Assembly (NCBI GenBank): GCA_030265395.1
Contig: JARFYF010000029.1
Coordinates: forward strand, 19,907,941-19,971,940
Direction of reading: 5' to 3'
DNA from: Rhina ancylostomus
Lineage: Eukaryota
Length of the DNA: 64,000 nucleotides
In this document: in pieces, positions 36,451 through 49,235 of the stretch
Position numbering within the stretch: position 1 is the stretch's first letter
How the letters are laid out: each line of letters begins with the position of its first letter
Made by a program: the position numbers and the translations under genes
Notes under the pieces: model-generated
Told to the model about the DNA's origin: nothing
The model's database searches: none
Seen by the model: the letters and a program-made list of their open reading frames with translations, nothing else

Positions 36451-38367
36451 GGTCCTTGTCCTTCTCTGAGGTTAAAGTTGTGGCTGGAGCAGATTTTAGT
36501 GGGGACATCAGATTTATAAAGTCTTTTACATTTTTCCTTGCTGATCTTCTAGTTATACCATTACTCTCCGAGAGCTCTGGGTGAATATGGCTTTCTCTCC
36601 CTCCTCCCTCTGGTCTAACAATTTATTCTGTTGTAGGCGCCATCAAGAGTAGCTGGCTTGTGTAGATGCCTTGAAGCCAACACGAAGGACTTTAGCATGT
36701 ACTGCCTCCCATAGACTTTAGGAACTGGAAGAACTATAGAAAATGCCATTGGAGCAAGAACCAGAAGTTGATCAGCAATCAATTTGCAAGTGCTTAATGA
36801 TTGCTTTAAATAACATTGGTACCAGCTCCTTCCTCCTGCTTGGCCTGCAGAGTTGATAATTTTTGCTTGAGAAACTTTCTTTTACCTACTTTGTCTTGTG
36901 CATTTCTCCACCATCTCTCTGCATTTGACCACATTTTCCTTAATTCCATGTGCCATTAGTTTAATTTTTAATATTTTGTCCCACAACAGATAAACATGCA
37001 TTTTGATTATGCATGTAAAAATATGTCCTTTTATGTTTTCGATTATGTATTTGGTATTTTTCAGGGGTTATCCGTGTGTCAAAAACCTACTGAAGTTCTG
37101 ATTAATTTGTTTATTCAAGTACATGTCAACTGATTTAATAAATTACCTTTGTTTTGTATTCTGTGTTTGTATAGTTTTAACCTGCCAAAGTGAGTAAAGA
37201 AAAATGACTTACTGTTTTTCCAACAGGGTTGGCAGTTCTGCCTACTTGCAGATTCCTGGCAGTTTCCTTTTCCAAAGAAGTTTTGAAAATTATTGCCAGA
37301 ACCTCAGTTATTTTGTCCTTCACGTCTCACAGAATGCTGCTGCATAAATCTGTACTTTTCTCTATTTGTCCTGCTGTTCAATTTAATATCTGAGCTACCT
37401 GTGCTTAACCTTAGTTTCACTTTCAAGCCATGGAATTTCAGGCTTTGTAAAGTTTCCTTTAATTTCTTAATGGGCTACATTTCATTTTTATCTTTTCTCT
37501 TCCGAGTGGAAAAACTGTTGATGTTGGGTGAGAAAAGATAGATCATTAAGTAGAATTTTATTATGTTTACTTAAGCTTATTATGATATCCATTTTAATGC
37601 TGGGTACCATAGCAGATAGTGGTCCAACATAGCAATTAAAAGCAAATGCAGTAAAGTGAGAGAAGAACCCAATGATCAAGTCATAGAATTTCCTAAAGTG
37701 ACTGCTGCACTCTACGTCAGATGAAGGTTGGAGCATACTCTGCTTCCTGGCTCACCCACAGGTCTCGGTCTGAATTCTGTGGTTGCTCTCAGTAATAATT
37801 GTACTAGGGATATAGACGAGCACTTGAATTGCCAAGACATAGAAGGCTACAGACCCAATTGCTGATAAATGGGATTAGTGTTGATGGATGATTGATGGTC
37901 AGCATGGACAAGATGGGCCATGGGGCCTGTTTCTCTGTTGTACTTCTCCATGACTTAACACTGACCAAGAGTAATAGTGAGCAAGGTTGTCCTGGTGTCA
38001 GTGGGAAGGCTTGTTGGACCTTGTTTCTATATCAGAATTCCAGTTTTGCCCAATGTCACAGACAGTACTTGAGTTGAGCACAGCCTTTAGACATTTTGAG
38101 CTAAGTACTCCATTTGTTGTTTACGTGCTAATATCTTGTGTTGAATTTAATAGCTGCTGCATTGTTGCAAGCTAGCAAGATGGGGCAAAGCATAAGTCTC
38201 ATTTTAACCTCTCGTACCTGTTTTTGTCTGACCAGTAAGATGTAAGATAATCTTGAGTTTAAATATTAATAACTCTGCAATAATATTGAAGGGTATACAG
38301 TTGACTAGAACAAGTGGAGCACGTTTACAGTGTTTTTTCTGATAACAATTTATTTATTTGGAAACAG

Positions 38368-38666
38368 AATATATACACTTCATCAAATAGTTAATATTGA
38401 AAAGCGCCTTGATCGCCTGCGTGGAAGTCGATATCTCCTGGAACTCGAGCTGTTGTTGAATCAAAAAACAATTGTGCGATTATCAGAGTATATTTATAAC
38501 CTCAACAGAAATGGCTACCACATGGATGGTGGTGATGAACGGAAGATGAGAAATGTATTCCGGCAGGGAGGCTGGAATTTTAGAGAAAATCAAGAAAAGA
38601 TGATGCTGTGTACACCAACTGGATTCAGTTGGCAACGCAATGCAATGATACACTTTATAGTTCCAG
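38368..38666 (+). CDS. B4GALNT3: B4GALNT3 exon IYTLHQIVNIEKRLDRLRGSRYLLELEL...CTPTGFSWQRNAMIHFIVP (299 nt)
   Basis: aaacag acceptor, cag|gtaaag donor. Confidence 0.95.
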
Positions 38667-38799
38667 GTAAAGTTGCATTCTCACCTGAACATACATAGGA
38701 ACAGCTATTTTTAAGAGGCATTTGGCAAATTTTGGAAATCGGATTTGAGGAGTGTAGCTGTTATCCGCTCATTAAGAATTAATTGACTCTAACTCTAAA

Positions 38800-39880
38800 T
38801 GGAGTCATAGAAGTATACAGCATGGAAACAGGCCCTTTGGCCCAACTGGTCCTTGCTGACCAAGATGCCCCATCCAAGCTAGTCCAATTTACCAGTGTTT
38901 GGCCCACGTCCCTCTAAACCTTTCCAATCCATGTACCTGTCCAACTGTCTTTTAAAAGTTGTTATTGTACCTGCCTCACCCACTTCCTCNNNNNNNNNNN
39001 NNNNNNNNNNNNNNNNNNNNNNNNNNNNNNNNNNNNNNNNNNNNNNNNNNNNNNNNNNNNNNNNNNNNNNNNNNNNNNNNNNNNNNNNNNNNNNNNNNNN
39101 NNNNNNNNNNNNNNNNNNNNNNNNNNNNNNNNNNNNNNNNNNNNNNNNNNNNNNNNNNNNNNNNNNNNNNNNNNNNNNNNNNNNNNNNNNNNNNNNNNNN
39201 NNNNNNNNNNNNNNNNNNNNNNNNNNNNNNNNNNNNNNNNNNNNNNNNNNNNNNNNNNNNNNNNNNNNNNNNNNNNNNNNNNNNNNNNNNNNNNNNNNNN
39301 NNNNNNNNNNNNNNNNNNNNNNNNNNNNNNNNNNNNNNNNNNNNNNNNNNNNNNNNNNNNNNNNNNNNNNNNNNNNNNNNNNNNNNNNNNNNNNNNNNNN
39401 NNNNNNNNNNNNNNNNNNNNNNNNNNNNNNNNNNNNNNNNNNNNNNNNNNNNNNNNNNNNNNNNNNNNNNNNNNNNNNNNNNNNNNNNNNNNNNAAAAAG
39501 TTACCCCTCAAGTTTCTCTTAAATCTTTAACCTCTCACTTTATGCCCTTTAGTTCTTGATTCCCCAGCTCTGGGGGAAAAAGACTGAGTGCATTCACCTT
39601 ATCTATGCCCCTCATGATTTTATACACCTCTATAAGATCACCTCTCAGTCTCCTAACTCTAAGGAATAAAGTCCTAGCCTGTCCAACCTCTCCCTATAAC
39701 TCAGACCCTCAAGCCCTGGCAGCATCCTTGTAAATATTTCCTGCACTCTTTCCAGTTTAATAACATCTTTCCTATGGCAGGACGACCAAAACTGAACACA
39801 ATACTCCCAAGTGTAGCTTCACCAACTTTCTGTACAACCACACCAAAACCTCCCAAATTTTATACTCAATGCCTTGAACA
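38800..39880 (-). mobile_element. CR1 LINE 3' end spanning an assembly gap
   Basis: gtcatagaagtatacagcatggaaacaggccctttggccc tail; minus frame EAGTITTFKRQLDRYMD; ccaaaactgaacacaatactcc encodes EYCVQFW on the minus strand. Confidence 0.85.
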
Positions 39881-40701
39881 AATAAATCATCTAGTTAATG
39901 TTGTCAAGTAATCACCTTTTAAATTAAATGAAAGAATATTATGTAGAGATGCAACTATTAATTACTTAATAAGATTTGTCCATTCACAGATTGACTTGAG
40001 CAACATAGCTGCAGCTTTGCATTCTTCATAGTTTTGTGTTTCACAGTATGCTGAGATATGGCGCTATTAAGATTATTTATTTTGTGCCTAAGATGAATGC
40101 AAATAATAATGCCAATAATCTTGGTGAAGTTAACACTGTTTATTATCCAACAGCATACTGCATGTGCACAGTTGTTTTAGCCTCCAGTTAATTTTGTGTT
40201 AATCAAATGCACTACACTTAACTTGATACCCAATCAGTCCCATAAATTACTTACATATCCAAATGAGATTCTTTGACAGTTTGGATAACTCTTTTAACTT
40301 AATATAAGAACTGTATAATCTTGCTACACTTATTATTCTGTGCTTGGCTTCCCCTGCTCACAATCCATTGTTAAATTAATGACTGTAGTAAATTGTAGTG
40401 AGTTCTATTGTGCTGTGAAAGAAGCAGTGTTGTACAAAACCAGAATCAGCAATTCAAGAAGTGTCTGTTATACAAAGTTGTTTATGGAACAATATAAATT
40501 TACTATTTCTTACTAGTATTGCATCTGGGAAAATTTTTAGAAATACATTTGATCTTTCAGTGAGTTTTTGAGGATACGTAAAAAGGGTTAAATGGTTAGT
40601 GAATGGAAAGTGGATTGGAGAACTGAATGTACCTGTAGTTATTGAACTTGATTACCACAAATGCATGTGCACTGTCAGTAATTTCTGTTTTCTTTCTACA
40701 G

Positions 40702-40855
40702 TAAAAAACCAAGCTCGATGGGTACAGCAATTTATCTTTGATATGGAGGAGTTGTATGCAGTCTCTGGAGATGAATACTTTAATGTCATCATCGCTGATT
40801 ATAGCAGTACAGACATGAATGTTGAAAAAGCCCTGAAAAACAGCATGTTGACCAG
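40702..40855 (+). CDS. B4GALNT3: B4GALNT3 exon [18 protein letters not shown]...ALKNSMLT (154 nt)
   Basis: ctacag acceptor, ag|gtttct donor (weak); [10 protein letters not shown] motif spans the junction. Confidence 0.93.
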
Positions 40856-41919
40856 GTTTCTATCTCTTCATTAACATTACAACATTTTGTATTGAAGTTG
40901 AAATAATGATGGGCTGGATCTAATTACTGCTGTTTGGAAGCATCAATACTTAACCACTTAAACACTTATAAGTCCAGAACCACCACACAAGGAGCTTGGC
41001 AGCAATGTCCAATCTTGTTGAAATTCCCCAGCAATGTACTGGGGACTGGTCTCTTCTATCCTGTATGAAGTTACACTGGACTCAAATCCAAAACTCCTTT
41101 AATTTCAATGAGGATTGCAGTGCAATAGATCAGGAGTCACAATTACTTGATACTTAAATATTTAGTCATCGGCTTCTTTTTGTTAATTTTATTGAAACAG
41201 AGAACTGGCCAAAAGATCCAACTTGATGTAAAAACTAGTCCTTCAGTTTGCATTACTATGCTTTTTGAAATTAATATTTTTATGACTAATATAACAAGTT
41301 AACTAGTTTTTGACCTTCTCTGTAAGCACAGAAGAGAATTGAATTACCACTATTGACTCCAACATTCCTTACCGTGAGGTTGTCTATATCATCATGTAAT
41401 TTAAAATTCATTTCCATCATAGTATTTATGTTCCCTTGGCTATTGCATTAACCACAAGGGATTCTGATGCTTCCCTTTTAATGTAACTTAAATTCTGTTA
41501 TAGATTCAGCTGCTAATTTAATTCCAAGCATTGTCACTTGTCAAGAAGCAAGTGAAACTATTCTTCAACATTATCATTTTGCATTTGGAACATGCAGTCA
41601 TTCCTCATGTGATGGAAGTTCTTTATAGCAGCAAGGTGCCCCGCAAACTGAATGTTGATCCATGATGACATTTTTGAAAAGTTAATCTCATTTCCTAAAT
41701 TAATGTCAGAGTCAGGGTGGGAGGTGGGGAGGTTGTGGGAGAAACACTTGGGGCACTCCACAGGGACTGGGACTGATTTTAAAAAATATCCATTCTCCAG
41801 TATCTGAAGTAGCCACTAAACCACCCTCATCGCAATGTTTCCCTGAACCCAACACATTTTGAAGAGGTGTGCAGTTAAGGAGAAGCATATCTTAACGCAG
41901 GTTCATGGTTTCTATACAG

Positions 41920-41992
41920 GTATCAGTATGTGAGACTTGAGGGGAATTTTGAGCGTTCAGCTGGCCTGCAGTCAGGAATAGATTTAATACAG
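41920..41992 (+). CDS. B4GALNT3: B4GALNT3 exon [24 protein letters not shown] (73 nt)
   Basis: atacag acceptor, cag|gtaaga donor; [10 protein letters not shown] motif. Confidence 0.95.
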
Positions 41993-44900
41993 GTAAGAAA
42001 GGATAACCTTGACAAAATTTATCAAAATGTTGAAAGTGATGTTACTATAATCTAGTTAATTGTGAATAAACAACTGGCTTATCTGAACATCAGTTCCAAT
42101 GTATAAATTCCTCATGTATGCTTTCTGTGAATGAGAAGAGTGCTGAGGCAAACTGTGGAAGATGTTCACCAGTTCTCTCCCAAAAGTGCAACATGCAACA
42201 CCTTGAGCCATTTTCATTGTTGTCAAATTGGACGTAAAACAGCAAGATTTTTCAGTAATTAAGTTTTTAAATGAAGTATAAATATGTTTTTCTGTTCCAC
42301 ATTCAGCTGCTATCTGCCTTGTTTACGATCATGGGCTATCCTATCATCCCCGTGTTTTTCCTCCACTGTTAACTGACTGCTCTTTACATTGAATTGTTGA
42401 GTGAATAATTAAATATACAATAAGTTTACTATTACCCAAGACTTGTGAAATTCTGATGCAATCAAAACATTTCCTTTGAAATTAAGTTTATCACTTGTAA
42501 ACATGGTTATCTTGTCATGGTGCCGGATACTGGCCCTCAATTTGGCTTCTTTGATGATGCCTTGTTGTACAGCACATGGATTCCATGCTTGACTGTTTGC
42601 ATAATGACACACACCTGAGCCCCATNNNNNNNNNNNNNNNNNNNNNNNNNNNNNNNNNNNNNNNNNNNNNNNNNNNNNNNNNNNNNNNNNNNNNNNNNNN
42701 NNNNNNNNNNNNNNNNNNNNNNNNNGTGTGCTGCACTTGGGTTCTCTGTGAGCTTGCTCTTTGCTCAACATTGTGACATATCTACATTTTAAACTATGTT
42801 TGCTTAATGGGATTATTTTGATTGTATTTAAATCGGGTGGGCATTTTGGCATAAATTTTGTTTTGCAAATTTCAATGTTTTTTGAATTGAAATTAAGCTG
42901 ATAACGCTTCTACAAATGGGTTCAATTAGAGTCAACCATGAGAGCAACTTCATCTAGTGTTTTCTCCCACATGACGATTGGGATTAACTGGGCTACAATC
43001 CCAATGACTTTGACGTACTTTATTTCCTGCATTACTGCAGCTGCCACAGTTTTCTGAGAAAAAGATACAGGAGCTGTAAACCACAGGAATGCAGAAACAT
43101 GAGAGTTTCAGGGTGAATCGGAGAGCATTTCACTTGCATGGGACTGCCCAGTGCTTGGACCTTGATGAGAACCTATTTAAGTGCCCATCTGTACTGCACT
43201 CCTGGAATTTCAGACCCTACCATTAGGGAGCAAATAACCTCAGTAAGAGATCCATTTTGTACCTGGTATGTTCCCTTGCCATTTGCCAGTTTGGGGAGTC
43301 CTTTTATGGGCCTGTATGATTTACTTTAAATGCCGTGTCACAGTTAAGCAGAGGAACACTAAAGAAATCTCAATTTGTATTAGCACTCTAACTCAGGAGC
43401 CAGATTTCCTCCTTCAAGCTATTTTGTAGACTTCCACCAGAGCAGTTGAAGGTACCTTTCTGAAACTGCTGTGCTTTTCCAAGAAGCTGCACGATGAATC
43501 AGTGCAGACAACATGCCCTTTTGGATAAAGCAATTTTTACAAACATATAAATCTGGCTAATGCTGTAGATGTTGAGCAATAACCAATCTTGTATTGAAAA
43601 ATATTCTGATGCATTTACTGAAGTAAATAGACCAACCCAGTATTATGTAGGTACTTTGTGCTTAATTTATAGTGCTTTTAGATGATGAAGTGATTAAATA
43701 TGAATTTCAAACAGATAAAAATGACACTTTCTTGATTAATCTTTTGATTGTTTTTGCAGCAACAAACACTAACCCATGAGCAGAGATAAGAAGTATACAT
43801 TTGACAATAGCCCAGAAATAGAATCTTCAGTGGTGCAAGTGAATATGCAAGCTAAATAATTAACAAATACTGGAAAAGTACAGACTGTATTCCCTAGCCC
43901 AGGGGATACCATCTAAATCACATGCAGGAGGGTTATATTTGACAAACTCCATTTGGTAGATGCCAGTACTGTATAATCCTGATATTGCATTATTNNNNNN
44001 NNNNNNNNNNNNNNNNNNNNNNNNNNNNNNNNNNTATTCACTCTCTTTTTTTCTAATTGCAGACAATTTTATTAGGAAAAAAATAGTAAATAACAGAGCA
44101 CACAAGAAAAGGAAGATATATTTCCAAGTGATGTCACTGCACAACTTGGAGTTTTCTTTGCAGATGTCAGCTCATCTAAGTAACAAGTGCCCTTGTCTTT
44201 TGAAATAGTGATCAAAGCTTATTTTTGTATTTGGGCAGAAACTTTCATGGGTTGCAGTGACCCAGTTAGGATACAGGCAACTCATCGGTGCAGACTGCAG
44301 TGAAAGCTCAGTTTGGTTAATGGGAGTGACGGTCCAGCACGTCGCTTTATGCTGATTGAGGTGCAGCATTCATTTGGAGCTGTACTTGTAGAGGCCAGTG
44401 TGGAGGGACTATCCTTCAGCATCTTTGGAGCTGTGGAATTTGCAACTTTCATTGTAGACAGAAGAATTAAGCCCCCAGCTGCAGTCAAAGTGTGTAGTCC
44501 CAGCATTTTCTGATCATTGGTGATGGGATAATGGACATTGGTACTGCTATTAAACATTAAGGGGAAATGGTGAGACTTCCATGCTGCAAGTGGCTATTAC
44601 CAGGTCCTGGAGTGGCTGTTGGCTGTGCCATTTGTTTCTCCCATGTCATAATGCTGCCATGGTTGGCTGTACTTGGGCATGGGCTGCCATTGTGTTAGTG
44701 TCCTGAGATGATGCAATGGAGATCTCCTTTAAATATCGAAACTTCAAGGCATTCCCTAAAAGCACATCTATTCAGGGCATCCCTTCATTGAACTTTGTTG
44801 TCCTCCTATTCCTCCTCCTCCTCCTCTTTCTGCTTCTGCACGGCAGGAAAGGGTTGCAGTATCATGAATCTCAGTTGTAGACATAATGGGAAACAGTGTA

Positions 44901-45334
44901 GTAGGAGACTTTCTTTGGAGTGGGGCTACACTGGTGGACTATGCAGTGGAATTGCCTCTCAGACTCAGCTGGCACACTTCACCAAACATCTAATGACCTT
45001 GAGAGAATAGTTTTCATTGTGGCTTCCACCTTGACAAAAGCCTGGATTGAAGTGAAGAGTCATAATCGAGGGGAATTGCCCTTGGCCCCCTGGGCTATCA
45101 CATTTCAGTTGGAATATGGTGGACATGGCAGATGACTTGCAGTCTTCTAGAGAATGGGATATTTGGTCATGCGGCACACATTCTGAACATTTAGGGCGTA
45201 GTAGTCTTGTTTTGCTCAAGTGTTCTGTGGTCATAAGACTTGAGCTTGCAACACATGGTTGCAGACTGTCATTTCCTGAACTTAAAGGAGGACAAAACCA
45301 TATGCCTGTGACACCAACTGTTCTGTATTTAAGA

Positions 45335-45603
45335 TGAGATAAGATATCTTTATTAGTCACATGTACATCGAAGCACACAGTGAAATGCATCTTTTTGCGT
45401 AGTGTTCTGGGGGCAGCCTGCTAGTGTTGCCACGCTTCCAGCGCCAACGTAGCATGCCCACACTCCTAACCTACACGTCTTTGGAATGTGGGAGGAAACC
45501 GGAGCACCCGGAGGAAACCCACGCAGACACGGGGAGAATGTACAAATTCTTTACAGACAGCAGCCAGGTTGCTGGTGCTGTAGATCGTTACGCTAACTGC
45601 TAT
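45335..45603 (-). mobile_element. V-SINE, young copy with CpGs retained
   Basis: ggaggaaaccggagcacccggaggaaacccacgcagacacggggagaatg core; tatttaa on both flanks. Confidence 0.8.
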
Positions 45604-46499
45604 ATTTAAAATATAGGAAATGAAATTCCGTTTCCTTGAGTAGGGTCTATAATGTCTTGTGGGTGCAGTTTGCTGCAAATTGGAGACTGGCATTTATCAG
45701 CGAGGCAGTGGCTAAACTACCTGGAAAAGGTGACAGATCTCAGTTCCTTTGCCTGACAGTACTTTTCTCCTCAAACAGGAGGAGGTGGCAGCATTGTTCC
45801 CAGAAATCCACTGGGGGATTTGGCCTCCTGTGTGAGAGAATTCTTGCTTTTGTTGTGTCTCTGGCTTTCAGTTGTTCTGGGGACACAGTACTAGGCTCCC
45901 ATATAACAGCTACCAAAAGATACTCTTCAAAGATTCTGAGCAACAGTCTTCAGGGCCATTCAACATGTTGAGTTCATCTCTAGCTGTGCTCCGCGGCCTG
46001 CAAGTATTAAAAGCCCTTTGAAGATAGCATAGTTAGTGTAAATCAAATTACCTAAAGCAGCTTACAATAATTACATCAGGCTTTACAGACGTTTAGGTTG
46101 CAGAAATTCACCATTACAGAATCCACAAACCACTACCCAGAAATTTGAGATACCGAATAGAGAAAAAAAAGTAAATATACACAATTTCTTTTTTCAACTT
46201 GCATTTCTTGACGCATGCGCAATTGATGTAACTGCACGTTACGTAAAACCATGATACCGACTGTTTTCTATGAACACAAGCACCCACCCCACCCCAATGC
46301 AGGAGTTGCCTGTATGCATGAATCAGTTTTCACAGGGGAGGCAACAATAGGGTATTGCATTGAAGAACAGCATTACCTCATATGTTCTGTGGGCTTTGTT
46401 TCTGTTGCCAAACAATCAGAAGAACATTAGGGATAGAAGCAGGAGTAGGTTATTTGGCTCCTTGTAACTTCTCCACCATTCAGTATGATCGTGGCTGAA

Positions 46500-47415
46500 A
46501 ATCAAAGAAAAAAACTACAGGCACTGGAAATCTAATATAAAAACAAAGATTACTGGAAATATTCAGCAGATGGGAAGAGAGACAGAGTTAACATTTCAGG
46601 TCAAAGACCCTTTGTCAGAACTGGGAAAGAGAAAATGAGCTCATTAAGGTGCAGGGAGAATGGGAGAGGAGAATGTCTCTGATAGGGTAAAGCCAATGTG
46701 ATCGTGGGGATAAGCTGAAAATGAGGTCATCTGGTCAATGAGTGAATGGGAGTAGTTACAGACTGAGAACGTAGACAAAAGAGTGTAGGAGTTTTGAAAT
46801 GCAGAGCAGGATGTTGTACCCAACAGGTCAGGCTGGGTATTTCCTCCAATTCCAAAAAAATAAACAAGCTGAGCCAATACCAGTTTGATGTCTGATACAG
46901 AAAGATATCAAGTTACCTAAAGTTGTAGAGTTCAATATTGAGTCCAGAAGGCTGCCAAGTGCCTAGGCAGAAGATGAGATGCTGTTCCTCAAGCTTGCAT
47001 TGGGCCTCATTGTAATGGTGGTGGAGGTCAGAGACCAATAGGTCAGAGCGGAGTAGGATGGAGAATTAAAGTGGCAGGCAACAGGAAGCTCAGGATCACC
47101 CCTGTGGACTGAATGCAGGTACCTTGCAAAGTGGTCACCCAATCTGCATTTGGTTTCTCTAATGTAGAGACCACATAGTGAACACCCAATAACAGTACTC
47201 TAGACTGGAACAAGTGGAGGTGAATGCTTCATCTGGGAAGACTTTTTGGATCCCTGGATGGAGGGTAGGGAGGAGGTGAAAGGACAAATGTTGCATTGTC
47301 TGTGATTGTAAAGTGCCATAAGAAGAGAGGTGGTTGATGGGAATAGAAGAATGGACCAGGGAGTTACAAGAGAATGGTCTCTGGGGACGAAGGGGGAAGA
47401 TGTGTCTGGTGGTGG
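46500..47415 (-). mobile_element. Penelope-like element 3' part (GIY-YIG C-terminus), nested in a CR1 tail (46432-46498 and 47416-47855)
   Basis: Minus strand reads NEAQCKLEEQHLIFCLGTWQPSGLNIELYNFR*; the flanks rejoin as CR1 tail ...gatcgtggctga / tcttaaacctcagc... Confidence 0.75.
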
Positions 47416-49081
47416 ATCTTAAACCTCAGCACTTCACCTCATTTCTCTTGATTCCTTAATATCTAAATAATCTTCCATTCTTTGTCCTGAATGTACTTAG
47501 TGATTGAACCTCCACTGCCCTCGTGGAATGAGAATTCTAAGGCTTCGCTACCTTCTGAATGAAGAAACGTTTTCTCACCTCTGTCATGAATGACTAATTT
47601 GGTACTTTGAGACTCTGGCTCCTGGTTCTAGACATCACAATCAGAGCAAGTATCGACCCTGCATCTACCTTGTCAAGACCTGGAAGAATTTTCTATGTTT
47701 CAGTGAGATGACCTCTCATTCTTCTAACTCTAGAGAGGTTTGGCCCAGTGTGCTTAATTTCTTCTTGTAGGATGAGTCCTGTGTCCAAAGAATCAAGCTG
47801 GTGAACTTTCACTTCACTCCCTCAGTTACAAGTATATTCTTCCTCTGGCAGGGATGTACAACAGGAACAGATCAGAAATGAACATTTTGGAAACTGCTGC
47901 TTAACCCCTGCGATGACCAATTGCTGATCACCCCCATTCCAAGACCAAACACTTTTTTGTTCTTATCCACCTGAGTCTGATATTCACTTAGTTAAACCGC
48001 TTGATCTGACAGGAATCAAGAAAATAGTCATCAAAAGGATAGTCACATTAAACCAATTGATGTAGCACTTTATTCAGTGGCTAAAAGAAATTCCTCATCC
48101 ATCCTGGCCCTGGAAAAGATTTCAGCAAGGAGCTGGATCATAACTAACAAACGATCCACAGAATTTTACAGAATTTTTGTTAAGTAATTAAGACACAGTC
48201 TGACACCTCCTGTGACACAGATATAAACAGTGATAAAAAGACATCCATGTGCTAGGCCCTTCTTCTATATTGCACCTAGTTCATCATCTTGTACGACAGT
48301 CCTGCATCCATTCTGACTTCATCCTGTGTATCTCATAGTGTTGATCAGCTGGGAAAACAAAGGAATAGAAATCTGCTCTCAGTAGCTTGCTCTATGTATG
48401 CATGTACAGTAGTGACTCTGCATTATGTTCAGTTTCCATTGATCTCAAATGCAATTTCCATTGATCTCAAATATGTATGCTGCCACTACTGTGTATGTTC
48501 ACCACAAGCTAGTTGGATGCTTTTCTATCCTATAATGTTAATTTGTGTTGTTCTTGCACCCTTCATTTGTTATTGCAATCCTGCTGGAAGCACAGCTTCA
48601 CAACAGTTTCCAATATTTTTATTTGGAAAAAATTGACACCATTCAATTGCATTAAGCAAATTGCAAGGTACATTTTTGCAAATTATCACCTGCAGTTCAG
48701 TGCTTCATGTGACAGGAATATAAATTGACAATTTGAGTAAAGGGTTGACTTTTTTTTCTAGAATAATTTTAATAAATGAAAANNNNNNNNNNNNNNNNNN
48801 NNNNNNNNNNNNNNNNNNNNNNNNNNNNNNNNNNNNNNNNNNNNNNNNNNNNNNNNNNNNNNNNNNNNNNNNNNNNNNNNNNAAAATTTTTCTGAAATAT
48901 GCTGACTTTCATAAATTTGTTCATGATGTTAGGAGTATTTATTTATAAATGTACCTTTGTGTCAAAAGTGCAGAAACAGTTGATTCTCTTATGCCATTGC
49001 TGTAACCAACTTTGCTTTCCTGGTTAAAGTGAAGCTGAACTCTTCCGTGCTGCTTCATGTCTTCCCTATTTTTCATTTCAG

Positions 49082-49235
49082 GATGACCACAGCATTGTTT
49101 TCCTTTGTGATCTGCACATAAACTTCCCCCCAGGCATAATAGACAGCATCAGAAAACATTGTGTGGAAGGAAAGATGGCTTTTGCTCCTATAGTAATGAG
49201 ACTGAACTGTGGCTCTTCCCCACAGGAACCTGATG
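49082..49235 (+). CDS. B4GALNT3: B4GALNT3 exon [51 protein letters not shown] (154 nt)
   Basis: tttcag acceptor, g|gtaagt donor; DLH motif (this family's DXD equivalent). Confidence 0.95.

Noticed and set aside
43030-45200. Possible additional Harbinger remnants (e.g. TLTKAWIEV, poly-Glu on the minus strand)
   Set aside because: Similarity too fragmentary and orientation inconsistent to call by eye
48433-48471. Short tandem duplication tttccattgatctcaaat x2, and similar micro-duplications (e.g. 10929-10955)
   Set aside because: Ordinary slippage-scale duplications with no sign of function
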